This document shows, piece by piece, positions 24,473 through 36,380 of a DNA stretch of 64,000 bases. Position numbers and translations under genes: made by a program. This stretch comes from Escherichia coli. Lineage in GTDB: Bacteria; Pseudomonadota; Gammaproteobacteria; Enterobacterales; Enterobacteriaceae. The stretch is from assembly GCF_003790525.1 (NCBI RefSeq), contig NZ_CP033635.1; one strand, 5' to 3'. How positions within the stretch are numbered: the first letter of the stretch is position 1; each line of letters begins with the position of its first letter. The notes beneath the pieces are model-generated. The model did not search any database. It was not told the origin of the DNA and was given only the letters and a program-made list of their open reading frames with translations.

Positions 24473-25687
24473 ATGAAAAATCCCTATTACCCTACCGCAC
24501 TGGGGTTGTATTTTAATTATCTGGTGCATGGTATGGGCGTCATTTTGATGAGCCTGAATATGGCCTCGCTGGAGACGCTTTGGCAGACTAATGCCGCGGG
24601 CGTCTCGATAGTTATCTCATCACTGGGCATTGGTCGATTAAGTGTCTTGCTTTTTGCAGGATTATTATCCGATCGCTTTGGTCGCCGCCCTTTTATCATG
24701 CTCGGGATGTGCTGCTATATGGCCTTCTTTTTTGGCATCCTGCACACCAATAACATCATTATCGCTTATGTTTTTGGCTTTCTGGCGGGAATGGCAAACA
24801 GTTTTCTCGATGCAGGCACCTATCCCAGTTTGATGGAAGCTTTTCCACGCTCACCGGGTACAGCCAATATTTTAATTAAAGCATTTGTTTCCAGCGGACA
24901 ATTTTTATTACCGCTAATTATCAGCCTGTTAGTGTGGGCTGAACTGTGGTTCGGTTGGTCCTTTATGATTGCCGCAGGCATTATGTTTATTAACGCTCTG
25001 TTTTTATACCGTTGTACGTTCCCACCCCATCCGGGTCGTCGCTTACCTGTCATAAAGAAAACCACCAGCTCTACGGAACATCGCTGTTCAATTATCGATT
25101 TAGCCAGTTATACCTTATATGGCTATATCTCAATGGCAACGTTTTATCTGGTTAGCCAGTGGCTGGCACAATACGGACAATTTGTTGCAGGCATGTCATA
25201 CACTATGTCGATCAAACTACTCAGTATCTACACCGTGGGTTCGCTGCTTTGTGTATTTATTACCGCTCCACTCATTCGTAATACCGTTCGCCCAACAACA
25301 TTACTGATGCTGTACACCTTTATCTCATTTATCGCCCTGCTCACCGTCTGCCTGCATCCCACATTTTATGTGGTGATAATATTTGCTTTCGTCATCGGTT
25401 TTACCTCCGCAGGCGGTGTTGTACAAATTGGCCTGACGTTAATGGCGGAACGTTTTCCCTACGCTAAAGGAAAAGCAACGGGGATCTATTACAGTGCGGG
25501 CAGCATTGCAACATTTACCATTCCGTTGATTACGGCTCATCTTTCGCAAAGAAGTATTGCCGATATTATGTGGTTCGATACCGCCATCGCTGCCATCGGC
25601 TTTATACTGGCACTGTTTATTGGCTTACGCAGTCGCAAAGAAACGCGGCATCACTCGCTAAAGGAAAATGTCGCTCCGGGTGGGTAA
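24473..25687 (+). CDS. ydiM: MFS transporter YdiM (404 aa)
   Basis: Hydrophobic 12-TM-type ORF at the K-12 position. Confidence 0.85.
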   Translation: MKNPYYPTALGLYFNYLVHGMGVILMSLNMASLETLWQTNAAGVSIVISSLGIGRLSVLLFAGLLSDRFGRRPFIMLGMCCYMAFFFGILHTNNIIIAYVFGFLAGMANSFLDAGTYPSLMEAFPRSPGTANILIKAFVSSGQFLLPLIISLLVWAELWFGWSFMIAAGIMFINALFLYRCTFPPHPGRRLPVIKKTTSSTEHRCSIIDLASYTLYGYISMATFYLVSQWLAQYGQFVAGMSYTMSIKLLSIYTVGSLLCVFITAPLIRNTVRPTTLLMLYTFISFIALLTVCLHPTFYVVIIFAFVIGFTSAGGVVQIGLTLMAERFPYAKGKATGIYYSAGSIATFTIPLITAHLSQRSIADIMWFDTAIAAIGFILALFIGLRSRKETRHHSLKENVAPGG

Positions 25688-25907
25688 TGCAATATTCTTT
25701 TCAGGTTATGCAAGATCTTACGGATAAATAACTCTTTCTGCGCTAACTAAGGAAAATCGCGATCAAAAACAAACTATGACATGCAATATTCCTGGAAACA
25801 TAAACTTTATGCCATGTACACAGGGAAAATCATCTTCAGTATAGTAATTATGTAAACCGTCGGAGAACAATACGTACGGTAACGAAATTATCTTTCAGCA
25901 AGGAGCT

Positions 25908-27179
25908 GTGAAAATGTCTCAAAATAAGGCTTTCAGCACGCCATTTATCCTGGCTGTTCTTTGTATTTACTTCAGCTATTTCCTGCACGGCATTAGTGTT
26001 ATTACGCTTGCCCAAAACATGACATCTCTGGCAGAAAAGTTTTCCACTGACAACGCGGGCATTGCCTATTTAATTTCCGGTATCGGTTTGGGGCGATTGA
26101 TCAGTATTTTATTCTTCGGTGTGATCTCCGATAAGTTTGGTCGTCGGGCGGTGATATTAATGGCAGTAATAATGTATCTGCTATTCTTCTTTGGTATTCC
26201 TGCTTGCCCGAATTTAACTCTCGCCTACTGTCTGGCAGTGTGCGTAGGTATCGCTAACTCAGCGCTGGATACGGGTGGCTACCCCGCGCTCATGGAATGC
26301 TTTCCGAAAGCCTCTGGTTCGGCGGTCATACTGGTTAAAGCGATGGTGTCATTCGGGCAAATGTTCTACCCAATGCTGGTGAGCTATATGTTGCTCAATA
26401 ACATCTGGTACGGCTATGGGCTGATTATTCCGGGTATTCTGTTTGTACTGATCACGCTGATGCTGTTGAAAAGCAAATTCCCCAGCCAGTTGGTGGACGC
26501 CAGCGTAGCTAATGAATTACCGCAAATGAACAGCAAACCGTTAGTCTGGCTGGAAGGTGTTTCATCAGTACTGTTCGGTGTAGCCGCATTCTCGACCTTT
26601 TATGTGATTGTGGTGTGGATGCCCAAATATGCGATGGCTTTTGCTGGTATGTCAGAAGCTGAGGCATTAAAAACCATCTCTTATTACAGTATGGGTTCGC
26701 TGGTCTGTGTCTTTATTTTTGCCGCACTGCTGAAAAAAATGGTCCGGCCCATCTGGGCTAATGCATTTAACTCTGCACTGGCAACAATAACAGCTGCCAT
26801 TATCTACCTGTACCCTTCTCCATTGGTGTGTAATGCCGGAGCCTTTGTTATCGGTTTCTCAGCAGCTGGCGGCATTTTACAGCTCGGCGTTTCGGTCATG
26901 TCAGAGTTTTTCCCAAAAAGCAAAGCCAAAGTCACCAGTATATATATGATGATGGGTGGACTGGCTAACTTTGTTATTCCGCTGATTACCGGTTATCTGT
27001 CGAACATCGGCCTGCAATATATCATTGTTCTCGATTTTACTTTCGCGCTGCTGGCCCTGATTACCGCAATTATTGTTTTTATCCGCTATTACCGCGTTTT
27101 CATTATTCCTGAAAATGATGTGCGGTTTGGCGAGCATAAATTTAGCACCCGGTTAAACACAATTAAGCATAGAGGTTAA
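25908..27179 (+). CDS. ydiN: MFS transporter YdiN (about 421 aa)
   Basis: Paralogous to ydiM and directly upstream of ydiB-aroD. Confidence 0.85.
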   Translation: MKMSQNKAFSTPFILAVLCIYFSYFLHGISVITLAQNMTSLAEKFSTDNAGIAYLISGIGLGRLISILFFGVISDKFGRRAVILMAVIMYLLFFFGIPACPNLTLAYCLAVCVGIANSALDTGGYPALMECFPKASGSAVILVKAMVSFGQMFYPMLVSYMLLNNIWYGYGLIIPGILFVLITLMLLKSKFPSQLVDASVANELPQMNSKPLVWLEGVSSVLFGVAAFSTFYVIVVWMPKYAMAFAGMSEAEALKTISYYSMGSLVCVFIFAALLKKMVRPIWANAFNSALATITAAIIYLYPSPLVCNAGAFVIGFSAAGGILQLGVSVMSEFFPKSKAKVTSIYMMMGGLANFVIPLITGYLSNIGLQYIIVLDFTFALLALITAIIVFIRYYRVFIIPENDVRFGEHKFSTRLNTIKHRG

Positions 27180-27190
27180 AGGAGTTAATT

Positions 27191-28057
27191 ATGAATGTTA
27201 CCGCAAAATACGAATTGATTGGGTTGATGGCCTATCCCATCCGCCACAGTTTATCGCCCGAAATGCAGAATAAAGCCTTAGAAAAAGCGGGATTGCCATT
27301 TACCTATATGGCCTTTGAAGTGGATAACGATAGTTTTCCCGCAGCAATTGAAGGATTAAAAGCCCTCAAAATGCGTGGAACTGGTGTGTCGATGCCGAAC
27401 AAACAACTGGCGTGTGAATATGTTGATGAATTAACGCCAGCGGCCAAACTGGTGGGTGCCATCAACACCATCGTTAATGATGATGGCTATCTGCGTGGCT
27501 ATAACACCGACGGCACGGGTCATATTCGCGCCATTAAAGAGAGCGGTTTTGATATCAAAGGCAAAACGATGGTGCTATTAGGGGCCGGTGGTGCCTCAAC
27601 GGCAATTGGCGCGCAGGGGGCAATTGAAGGTTTAAAAGAAATTAAACTCTTTAACCGTCGGGATGAGTTCTTCGATAAAGCCCTCGCCTTCGCGCAGCGG
27701 GTTAACGAAAACACCGATTGTGTCGTCACGGTTACCGATCTCGCCGATCAGCAAGCCTTTGCTGAAGCCCTGGCTTCCGCCGACATTTTAACCAATGGCA
27801 CAAAAGTGGGTATGAAACCCCTTGAGAATGAATCATTGGTTCATGATATCAGTCTGTTACATCCGGGACTTCTGGTCACTGAATGCGTGTATAACCCGCA
27901 TATGACGAAGTTATTGCAGCAGGCGCAACAAGCGGGTTGCAAAACGATTGATGGATACGGCATGTTGTTGTGGCAAGGGGCTGAACAGTTCACGTTATGG
28001 ACTGGCAAAGATTTCCCTCTGGAATATGTTAAACAGGTCATGGGGTTCGGTGCCTGA
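27191..28057 (+). CDS. ydiB: Quinate/shikimate dehydrogenase YdiB (288 aa)
   Basis: AroE-family sequence with [10 protein letters not shown] nucleotide-binding motif. Confidence 0.92.
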   Translation: MNVTAKYELIGLMAYPIRHSLSPEMQNKALEKAGLPFTYMAFEVDNDSFPAAIEGLKALKMRGTGVSMPNKQLACEYVDELTPAAKLVGAINTIVNDDGYLRGYNTDGTGHIRAIKESGFDIKGKTMVLLGAGGASTAIGAQGAIEGLKEIKLFNRRDEFFDKALAFAQRVNENTDCVVTVTDLADQQAFAEALASADILTNGTKVGMKPLENESLVHDISLLHPGLLVTECVYNPHMTKLLQQAQQAGCKTIDGYGMLLWQGAEQFTLWTGKDFPLEYVKQVMGFGA

Positions 28058-28087
28058 CAGGCTGACCGCGTGCAGAAAGGGTAAAAA

Positions 28088-28846
28088 ATGAAAACCGTAA
28101 CTGTAAAAGATCTCGTCATTGGTACGGGCGCACCTAAAATCATCGTCTCGCTGATGGCGAAAGATATCGCCAGCGTGAAATCCGAAGCTCTCGCCTATCG
28201 TGAAGCGGACTTTGATATTCTGGAATGGCGTGTTGACCACTATGCCGACCTCTCCAATGTGGAGTCTGTCATGGCGGCAGCAAAAATTCTCCGTGAAACC
28301 ATGCCAGAAAAACCGCTGCTGTTTACCTTCCGCAGTGCCAAAGAAGGCGGCGAGCAGGCGATTTCCACCGAGGCTTATATTGCACTCAATCGTGCAGCCA
28401 TCGACAGTGGCCTGGTTGATATGATCGATCTGGAGTTATTTACCGGCGATGATCAGGTTAAAGAAACCGTCGCCTACGCCCACGCGCATGATGTGAAAGT
28501 TGTCATGTCTAACCATGACTTCCATAAAACGCCGGAAGCCGAAGAAATCATTGCCCGTCTGCGCAAAATGCAGTCCTTCGACGCCGATATTCCTAAGATT
28601 GCGCTGATGCCGCAAAGTACCAGCGATGTGCTGACGTTGCTTGCCGCGACCCTGGAGATGCAGGAGCAGTATGCCGATCGTCCAATCATCACGATGTCGA
28701 TGGCAAAAACTGGCGTAATTTCTCGTCTGGCTGGTGAAGTATTTGGGTCGGCGGCAACTTTTGGTGCGGTAAAAAAAGCCTCTGCGCCAGGGCAAATCTC
28801 GGTAAATGATTTGCGTACGGTATTAACTATTTTACATCAGGCATAA
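28088..28846 (+). CDS. aroD: 3-dehydroquinate dehydratase type I AroD (252 aa)
   Basis: Matches AroD by sequence and position. Confidence 0.93.
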   Translation: MKTVTVKDLVIGTGAPKIIVSLMAKDIASVKSEALAYREADFDILEWRVDHYADLSNVESVMAAAKILRETMPEKPLLFTFRSAKEGGEQAISTEAYIALNRAAIDSGLVDMIDLELFTGDDQVKETVAYAHAHDVKVVMSNHDFHKTPEAEEIIARLRKMQSFDADIPKIALMPQSTSDVLTLLAATLEMQEQYADRPIITMSMAKTGVISRLAGEVFGSAATFGAVKKASAPGQISVNDLRTVLTILHQA

Positions 28847-28991
28847 GCAATAATATTTCGGCGGGAATACCCTCCCCCGCCGAACTAAAAAAAGTATTTT
28901 TAACCGTATTTAATAAAAATATTTCGTGAGTCTCTGTGCGCTAATTCTCCATCTGGCGTAGGGAAAATCACACCTGAATCAGGAATTAACA

Positions 28992-30587
28992 ATGAAACCT
29001 GTAAAACCACCTCGTATTAATGGACGAGTGCCGGTCCTGTCGGCACAGGAAGCGGTGAATTATATTCCCGACGAAGCAACACTTTGTGTGTTAGGCGCTG
29101 GCGGCGGTATTCTGGAAGCCACCACGTTAATTACTGCTCTTGCTGATAAATATAAACAGACTCAAACACCACGTAATTTATCGATTATTAGTCCAACAGG
29201 GCTTGGCGATCGCGCCGACCGTGGCATTAGTCCGCTGGCACAAGAAGGTCTGGTGAAATGGGCATTATGCGGTCACTGGGGACAATCGCCGCGTATTTCT
29301 GATCTCGCAGAACAAAATAAAATTATTGCTTATAACTATCCACAAGGTGTACTTACACAAACCTTACGCGCCGCCGCAGCCCACCAGCCTGGTATTATTA
29401 GTGATATTGGCATCGGAACATTTGTCGATCCACGCCAGCAAGGCGGCAAACTGAATGAAGTCACTAAAGAAGACCTGATTAAACTGGTCGAGTTTGATAA
29501 CAAAGAATATCTCTATTACAAATCGATTGCGCCAGATATCGCCTTCATTCGCGCTACCACCTGCGACAGCGAAGGCTACGCCACTTTTGAAGATGAGGTG
29601 ATGTATCTCGACGCATTGGTTATTGCTCAGGCGGTGCACAATAACGGCGGTATTGTGATGATGCAGGTGCAGAAAATGGTTAAGAAAGCCACGCTGCATC
29701 CTAAATCTGTCCGTATTCCGGGTTATCTGGTGGATATTGTGGTGGTCGATCCGGATCAAACCCAACTGTATGGCGGTGCACCGGTTAACCGCTTTATTTC
29801 TGGTGACTTCACCCTTGATGACAGTACCAAACTTAGCCTGCCCCTAAACCAACGTAAATTAGTTGCGCGGCGCGCATTATTCGAAATGCGCAAAGGCGCA
29901 GTGGGGAATGTCGGCGTCGGTATTGCTGACGGCATTGGCCTGGTCGCCCGGGAAGAAGGTTGTGCTGATGACTTTATTCTGACGGTAGAAACAGGTCCGA
30001 TTGGCGGTATTACTTCACAGGGGATCGCCTTTGGCGCGAACGTGAATACCCGCGCCATTCTGGATATGACGTCCCAGTTTGATTTTTATCACGGTGGTGG
30101 TCTGGATGTTTGTTATTTGAGTTTTGCTGAAGTCGACCAGCACGGTAACGTCGGCGTGCATAAATTCAATGGTAAAATCATGGGCACCGGTGGATTTATT
30201 GATATCAGTGCCACTTCGAAGAAAATCGTGTTCTGCGGCACATTAACTGCGGGCAGTTTAAAAACAGAAATTACCGACGGCAAATTAAATATCGTCCAGG
30301 AAGGACGGGTGAAGAAATTTATTCGGGAACTACCGGAAATAACTTTCAGCGGAAAAATCGCTCTCGAGCGAGGGCTGGATGTTCGTTATATCACTGAGCG
30401 CGCCGTATTCACGTTAAAAGAAGACGGCCTGCATTTAATCGAAATCGCTCCTGGCGTCGATTTACAAAAAGATATTTTCGACAAAATGGATTTCACCCCA
30501 GTGATTTCGCCAGAACTCAAACTGATGGACGAAAGATTATTTATCGATGCGGCGATGGGTTTTGTCCTGCCTGAAGCGGCTCATTAA
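28992..30587 (+). CDS. ydiF: Acyl-CoA:acetate CoA-transferase YdiF (531 aa)
   Basis: Fused alpha/beta CoA-transferase at the K-12 position. Confidence 0.9.
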   Translation: MKPVKPPRINGRVPVLSAQEAVNYIPDEATLCVLGAGGGILEATTLITALADKYKQTQTPRNLSIISPTGLGDRADRGISPLAQEGLVKWALCGHWGQSPRISDLAEQNKIIAYNYPQGVLTQTLRAAAAHQPGIISDIGIGTFVDPRQQGGKLNEVTKEDLIKLVEFDNKEYLYYKSIAPDIAFIRATTCDSEGYATFEDEVMYLDALVIAQAVHNNGGIVMMQVQKMVKKATLHPKSVRIPGYLVDIVVVDPDQTQLYGGAPVNRFISGDFTLDDSTKLSLPLNQRKLVARRALFEMRKGAVGNVGVGIADGIGLVAREEGCADDFILTVETGPIGGITSQGIAFGANVNTRAILDMTSQFDFYHGGGLDVCYLSFAEVDQHGNVGVHKFNGKIMGTGGFIDISATSKKIVFCGTLTAGSLKTEITDGKLNIVQEGRVKKFIRELPEITFSGKIALERGLDVRYITERAVFTLKEDGLHLIEIAPGVDLQKDIFDKMDFTPVISPELKLMDERLFIDAAMGFVLPEAAH

Positions 30588-30600
30588 CAGGAGTATAATG

Positions 30601-31752
30601 ATGGATTTTTCTTTAACTGAAGAACAAGAACTGCTGCTGGCCAGTATTCGCGAACTGATTACGACTAACTTTCCGGAAGAGTATTTCCGCACCTGCGATC
30701 AAAACGGGACATACCCGCGTGAGTTTATGCGGGCACTGGCGGATAACGGTATTTCCATGCTTGGCGTGCCGGAAGAATTTGGTGGTATCCCTGCGGATTA
30801 CGTCACCCAAATGCTGGCGCTGATGGAAGTGTCAAAATGCGGTGCTCCGGCATTTTTGATTACCAACGGTCAATGTATTCACAGTATGCGCCGTTTCGGT
30901 TCTGCAGAGCAGCTACGTAAAACGGCAGAGAGCACACTGGAAACGGGTGATCCCGCCTATGCCCTGGCATTGACGGAGCCAGGCGCAGGCTCAGACAACA
31001 ACAGTGCCACTACCACTTACACGCGTAAAAACGGCAAGGTTTACATCAACGGACAGAAAACCTTTATTACCGGTGCGAAAGAGTATCCATATATGCTGGT
31101 GTTGGCGCGCGATCCGCAACCGAAAGATCCGAAAAAGGCCTTTACTCTGTGGTGGGTCGACTCCAGTAAACCCGGCATTAAAATCAATCCACTGCATAAA
31201 ATCGGCTGGCATATGCTCAGCACCTGCGAAGTCTATCTCGACAACGTGGAAGTTGAAGAGAGCGACATGGTGGGCGAAGAAGGAATGGGTTTCCTCAATG
31301 TGATGTACAACTTTGAGATGGAGCGCCTGATCAACGCCGCGCGCAGCACCGGCTTTGCCGAATGCGCATTCGAAGATGCCGCCCGCTATGCCAACCAGCG
31401 TATCGCTTTTGGTAAGCCCATTGGTCATAACCAGATGATCCAGGAAAAACTGGCGCTGATGGCGATTAAGATCGACAACATGCGCAACATGGTGTTGAAA
31501 GTGGCATGGCAAGCCGATCAGCATCAGTCACTGCGCACCAGCGCGGCGCTGGCAAAACTGTACTGCGCACGTACCGCAATGGAAGTCATTGATGATGCGA
31601 TTCAAATCATGGGCGGTCTGGGCTATACCGATGAGGCGCGCGTGTCCCGCTTCTGGCGTGATGTCCGTTGTGAACGTATCGGCGGCGGTACAGACGAAAT
31701 TATGATTTACGTAGCGGGTCGGCAGATCCTGAAAGATTATCAGAACAAATAA
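30601..31752 (+). CDS. ydiO: Acyl-CoA dehydrogenase family protein YdiO (383 aa)
   Basis: Known protein begins MDFSLTEEQELL; the ORF track's 30547 start is an upstream extension. Confidence 0.9.
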   Translation: MDFSLTEEQELLLASIRELITTNFPEEYFRTCDQNGTYPREFMRALADNGISMLGVPEEFGGIPADYVTQMLALMEVSKCGAPAFLITNGQCIHSMRRFGSAEQLRKTAESTLETGDPAYALALTEPGAGSDNNSATTTYTRKNGKVYINGQKTFITGAKEYPYMLVLARDPQPKDPKKAFTLWWVDSSKPGIKINPLHKIGWHMLSTCEVYLDNVEVEESDMVGEEGMGFLNVMYNFEMERLINAARSTGFAECAFEDAARYANQRIAFGKPIGHNQMIQEKLALMAIKIDNMRNMVLKVAWQADQHQSLRTSAALAKLYCARTAMEVIDDAIQIMGGLGYTDEARVSRFWRDVRCERIGGGTDEIMIYVAGRQILKDYQNK

Positions 31753-31794
31753 TCTGCAGGCGGCGCAGCTTCTTAACAAACTGCGCCGCCAGAT

Positions 31795-32706
31795 TTATCC
31801 GGCAAGACTTACTGGTTGAGGAAATTCAGATAGGATTTCTTGTTCCGCAAAACAGTTTTTAAATTGCCTGCGGTAATCGCTGGGCGAACAGCCGACATGG
31901 CGCAAAAACAGTTTGGCAAAGTGATCGACATTTTCATAACCCACACGCCAGGAAATCTCTGCCTGTGATAATTCAGTATTAGTGAGTGACCATTTCGCTT
32001 CCGTCATACGCCGTTGAATAACATAGTTAATAGGGGAAATACGATACTCTTTGGTAAATTCATGGCAGATATAACTGACGCTGGCACGAAATTTTTTCGA
32101 TAACTGCTCTAAAGTGATTTTTTCGCGATAGTTATTATTCAGATAGAAAAGAATATCTTTTATCAGAACATCTTTTTTAATATATCCCTGCTCCGAACGA
32201 TAAGCATTTTTAAAGTTTTCGTAGTAAAGAATTGCTAACGTATAGGCAAATGCGTCCCATAACGAAGATGTTTGGCTATTTTTACTTTGCGGCAAAATCA
32301 CACTTAGCTCATTAAATAAGGTTTTAATGACTTCTTTTCCCTGCCCTGCGGCAATTACCGGGCAAGAATGCGGTTGCAGTAGCTGATTTTCCTCAGCCCC
32401 CTGAAACTGAAAGCCGTACAGCGCACAGGTACACGTCGTTGCCGGATCGTTAACGTCAGAGGCCACCGCATGCAGCCTGCCACGTTCTATCACCACAATG
32501 TCATCGGCATGCGCGACATATAACGAAGAATCGATGGTAAACCTTGCTACCCCTTTCTTGACGTAAATCAGCTCGGTTTCATTGTCATGAACGTGATGTC
32601 CGGACTCCCATTTTGGATCATCGCTAAATGCGAAACGTGAAAGCCGTGGCGTTTTACCGGCGACAAACAGCGTTTCACTGGCATTATCAAAACAGCGTTG
32701 ATACAT
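31795..32706 (-). CDS. ydiP: AraC-family transcriptional regulator YdiP (303 aa)
   Basis: N-terminal cupin-like domain and C-terminal AraC-type helix-turn-helix region. Confidence 0.88.
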   Translation of the reverse strand: MYQRCFDNASETLFVAGKTPRLSRFAFSDDPKWESGHHVHDNETELIYVKKGVARFTIDSSLYVAHADDIVVIERGRLHAVASDVNDPATTCTCALYGFQFQGAEENQLLQPHSCPVIAAGQGKEVIKTLFNELSVILPQSKNSQTSSLWDAFAYTLAILYYENFKNAYRSEQGYIKKDVLIKDILFYLNNNYREKITLEQLSKKFRASVSYICHEFTKEYRISPINYVIQRRMTEAKWSLTNTELSQAEISWRVGYENVDHFAKLFLRHVGCSPSDYRRQFKNCFAEQEILSEFPQPVSLAG

Positions 32707-33021
32707 GACAACCTCCCTATTCCATGAGCAAGCAAAAACAATATATGCCGGATAAAATACGGCGTGTATTGCGGTTATACAACCGCGTTTAGCGAGAGCT
32801 AAACAAGATTATTTACACTGAATGCAAGATTGTACGGTCATGGAATAACTATATTGCCGCAAATTGCACTTTTGTTTTAGCGATCGCATTTTTTTTGCAA
32901 GATTGTTGGCAAGGAAAACAGCTTGCTCCGTCGAAAACCCCGCACCGCTATCGCACACTATTTTCAGGCCATATTTACCTTCCATCGGAGATGGTTCCGT
33001 ATGCGACTCACAGGAGAAATC

Positions 33022-33786
33022 ATGAAAATAATAACCTGCTTTAAGCTGGTGCCTGAAGAACAGGACATTGTTGTCACTCCAGAATATACCCTGAATTTCG
33101 ACAATGCCGACGCCAAAATCAGCCAGTTCGATCTCAATGCCATTGAAGCTGCAAGCCAGCTTGCATCAGATGACGATGAGATAGCCGCGCTGACCATTGG
33201 CGGCTCATTGTTGCAGAACTCGAAAGTGCGAAAAGACGTGCTATCCCGCGGGCCGCATAGCCTGTATTTGGTGCAGGATGCGCAACTTGAACATGCACTG
33301 CCTCTCGATACCGCAAAGGCGCTGGCGGCAGCAGTTGAAAAGATCGGCTTCGATTTACTGATCTTTGGTGAAGGTTCCGGCGACCTTTATGCCCAGCAGG
33401 TTGGCTTGCTGGTCGGAGAAATTCTGCAACTTCCGGTGATTAATGCAGTGAGTGCTATTCAGCGTCAGGGCAATACACTGGTGATTGAACGCACGCTTGA
33501 AGATGATGTTGAAGTTATTGAGCTCTCTGTTCCAGCCGTGCTCTGCGTCACCTCCGATATTAACATGCCACGCATTCCTTCGATGAAAGCCATTCTCGGC
33601 GCGGGTAAAAAACCGGTAAATCAGTGGCAGGCAAGTGACATTGGCTGGAGCCAGAGCGCACCACTTGCTGAACTGACCGGTATTCGCGTACCGCCGCAAA
33701 CAGAACGTAAGCACATCATTCTCGATAACGATTCGCCGGAGGCCATTGCCGAGCTGGCGGAACATCTGAAGAAAGCCCTGAACTGA
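33022..33786 (+). CDS. ydiQ: Electron transfer flavoprotein beta-subunit-like YdiQ (254 aa)
   Basis: Known protein begins MKIITCFKLVPEE; the ORF track's 32923 start is an upstream extension. Confidence 0.9.
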   Translation: MKIITCFKLVPEEQDIVVTPEYTLNFDNADAKISQFDLNAIEAASQLASDDDEIAALTIGGSLLQNSKVRKDVLSRGPHSLYLVQDAQLEHALPLDTAKALAAAVEKIGFDLLIFGEGSGDLYAQQVGLLVGEILQLPVINAVSAIQRQGNTLVIERTLEDDVEVIELSVPAVLCVTSDINMPRIPSMKAILGAGKKPVNQWQASDIGWSQSAPLAELTGIRVPPQTERKHIILDNDSPEAIAELAEHLKKALN

Positions 33787-33805
33787 AGTCTACGGAGAAG
33801 AAACG

Positions 33806-34744
33806 ATGAGTCAATTAAACAGCGTCTGGGTCTTTAGCGATAATCCTGAACGTTATGCTGAACTGTTTGGCGGCGCTCAGCAATGGGGCCAACAGGTGTA
33901 TGCCATTGTACAAAATACCGAGCAGGCGCAGGCAGTTATGCCTTATGGGCCAAAATGCATTTATGTTCTTGAGCAAAACGACGCGCTGCAACGTACTGAA
34001 AATTACGCCGAAAGCATTGCTGCCCTGCTGAAAGATAAACACCCCGCTATGTTGCTGTTGGCCGCGACGAAACGTGGTAAAGCTCTGGCAGCACGGTTAA
34101 GTGTGCAACTGAATGCGGCGCTGGTGAACGATGCCACGGCGGTGGATATTGTCGATGGTCACATTTGCGCCGAACACCGGATGTATGGCGGGTTAGCGTT
34201 CGCACAGGAAAAGATCAACAGCCCGCTGGCGATCATTACCCTTGCACCCGGTGTTCAGGAACCGTGCACCCGTGATACCTCTCATCAGTGCCCGACAGAA
34301 ACGGTACCTTATGTTGCCCCGCGTCATGAAATTCTCTGTCGCGAACGCCGTGCGAAAGCGGCAAGCAGCGTGGACCTGAGCAAAGCAAAACGTGTGGTTG
34401 GCGTCGGTCGTGGTCTGGCGGCGCAGGATGACCTGAAAATGGTCCACGAACTGGCGGCAGTGCTGAATGCTGAAGTCGGCTGTTCACGTCCAATTGCCGA
34501 AGGCGAGAACTGGATGGAGCGTGAACGTTATATCGGTGTCTCCGGCGTGTTGCTGAAATCCGATCTCTACCTGACGCTGGGGATCTCCGGGCAGATCCAG
34601 CATATGGTTGGCGGCAACGGCGCAAAAGTGATTGTCGCCATCAATAAAGATAAAAATGCGCCAATCTTCAACTATGCCGACTACGGTCTGGTGGGCGATA
34701 TCTACAAAGTCGTCCCTGCCCTGATTAGCCAGTTGAGTCGCTAA
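33806..34744 (+). CDS. ydiR: Electron transfer flavoprotein alpha-subunit-like YdiR (312 aa)
   Basis: ETF alpha family, immediately downstream of ydiQ. Confidence 0.9.
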   Translation: MSQLNSVWVFSDNPERYAELFGGAQQWGQQVYAIVQNTEQAQAVMPYGPKCIYVLEQNDALQRTENYAESIAALLKDKHPAMLLLAATKRGKALAARLSVQLNAALVNDATAVDIVDGHICAEHRMYGGLAFAQEKINSPLAIITLAPGVQEPCTRDTSHQCPTETVPYVAPRHEILCRERRAKAASSVDLSKAKRVVGVGRGLAAQDDLKMVHELAAVLNAEVGCSRPIAEGENWMERERYIGVSGVLLKSDLYLTLGISGQIQHMVGGNGAKVIVAINKDKNAPIFNYADYGLVGDIYKVVPALISQLSR

Positions 34745-34798
34745 TTCCCTTTCAACCACATCTCCCGCTGTAAACGCAGCGGGAAGGGAGCATAACGC

Positions 34799-36088
34799 AT
34801 GTCGGATGACAAATTTGATGCCATTGTGGTCGGTGCGGGCGTTGCCGGTAGCGTTGCCGCACTGGTCATGGCGCAAGCCGGGCTGGATGTCCTGGTGATA
34901 GAACGCGGCGACAGTGCCGGATGTAAAAACATGACCGGCGGGCGTCTTTATGCCCACACACTTGAAGCGATTATTCCAGGCTTTGCAGCATCAGCGCCGG
35001 TAGAACGCAAGGTCACACGCGAGAAAATCTCCTTCTTAACCGATGAGAGTGCCGTTACCCTCGATTTTCACCGCGAGCAACCAGATGTTCCGCAACACGC
35101 GTCTTATACCGTATTGCGTAATCGTCTGGACCCGTGGTTGATGGAACAAGCCGAACAGGCTGGCGCGCAGTTTATCCCGGGCGTTCGTGTCGATGCGCTG
35201 GTTCGTGAAGGAAATAAGGTCACTGGCGTCCAGGCCGGGGATGATATTCTCGAAGCGAATGTGGTGATTCTGGCTGATGGCGTTAACTCGATGCTTGGCC
35301 GCTCGCTGGGAATGGTTCCCGCTTCCGATCCGCATCATTACGCTGTTGGTGTTAAAGAGGTTATTGGCCTCACACCAGAACAGATCAAGGATCGCTTTAA
35401 TATTACGGGCGAGGAAGGTGCCGCCTGGCTGTTTGCCGGTTCCCCTTCTGACGGCCTGATGGGCGGCGGATTCCTCTATACCAATAAGGATTCCATATCG
35501 TTGGGGCTGGTTTGTGGATTGGGTGATATCGCCCATGCGCAAAAAAGCGTGCCGCAAATGCTGGAAGATTTTAAACAACACCCCGCCATTCACCCGCTGA
35601 TTAGCGGCGGCAAACTGCTTGAATATTCCGCGCATATGGTGCCGGAGGGCGGTCTGGCAATGGTGCCGCAGCTGGTTAACGATGGCGTGATGATCGTTGG
35701 TGACGCCGCAGGCTTCTGCCTGAATTTGGGTTTTACAGTTCGCGGCATGGATTTAGCCATTGCATCAGCTCAGGCTGCCGCCACAACAGTGATTGCAGCC
35801 AAAGAACGCGCGGATTTCTCCGCCAGCAGTCTGGCGCAATACAAACGTGAGCTGGAACAAAGCTGCGTCATGCGTGATATGCAGCATTTTCGCAAGATCC
35901 CGGCGCTGATGGAAAATCCGCGCCTGTTTAGTCAGTATCCGCGCATGGTCGCCGACATCATGAACGAGATGTTCACCATTGACGGCAAACCAAACCAGCC
36001 GGTACGCAAAATGATCATGGGACACGCGAAGAAAATTGGGCTGATCAACTTGCTGAAAGATGGCATTAAGGGAGCAACCGCGCTATGA
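34799..36088 (+). CDS. ydiS: ETF-quinone oxidoreductase-like flavoprotein YdiS (429 aa)
   Basis: FAD-binding motif VVGAGVAGS; FixC-like. Confidence 0.9.
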   Translation: MSDDKFDAIVVGAGVAGSVAALVMAQAGLDVLVIERGDSAGCKNMTGGRLYAHTLEAIIPGFAASAPVERKVTREKISFLTDESAVTLDFHREQPDVPQHASYTVLRNRLDPWLMEQAEQAGAQFIPGVRVDALVREGNKVTGVQAGDDILEANVVILADGVNSMLGRSLGMVPASDPHHYAVGVKEVIGLTPEQIKDRFNITGEEGAAWLFAGSPSDGLMGGGFLYTNKDSISLGLVCGLGDIAHAQKSVPQMLEDFKQHPAIHPLISGGKLLEYSAHMVPEGGLAMVPQLVNDGVMIVGDAAGFCLNLGFTVRGMDLAIASAQAAATTVIAAKERADFSASSLAQYKRELEQSCVMRDMQHFRKIPALMENPRLFSQYPRMVADIMNEMFTIDGKPNQPVRKMIMGHAKKIGLINLLKDGIKGATAL

Positions 36089-36378
36089 GCCAGAACGCTA
36101 CGGTTAACGTCGACATCAAATTAGGCGTCAATAAATTCCATGTTGATGAGGGACACCCGCATATCATTTTGGCGGCAAATCCCGATATCAATGAATTCCG
36201 TAAATTAATGAAAGCTTGCCCTGCCGGACTTTATAAGCAGGATGACGCAGGAAACATTCATTTCGATTCCGCCGGTTGTCTGGAGTGCGGCACCTGTCGG
36301 GTGCTGTGCGGCAACACTATTCTCGAACAGTGGCAATATCCCGCAGGCACCTTCGGTATTGATTTTCGCTACGGCTAA
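36085..36378 (+). CDS. ydiT: Ferredoxin-like protein YdiT (97 aa)
   Basis: FixX-like with CxxCxxC motif; overlaps the ydiS stop by 4 nt. Confidence 0.88.
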   Translation: MSQNATVNVDIKLGVNKFHVDEGHPHIILAANPDINEFRKLMKACPAGLYKQDDAGNIHFDSAGCLECGTCRVLCGNTILEQWQYPAGTFGIDFRYG

Positions 36379-36380
36379 TC

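Noticed and set aside
34236-35635. Minus-strand ORFs (129, 157 and 199 aa) within ydiR and ydiS
   Set aside because: Antisense to confidently identified ETF genes.
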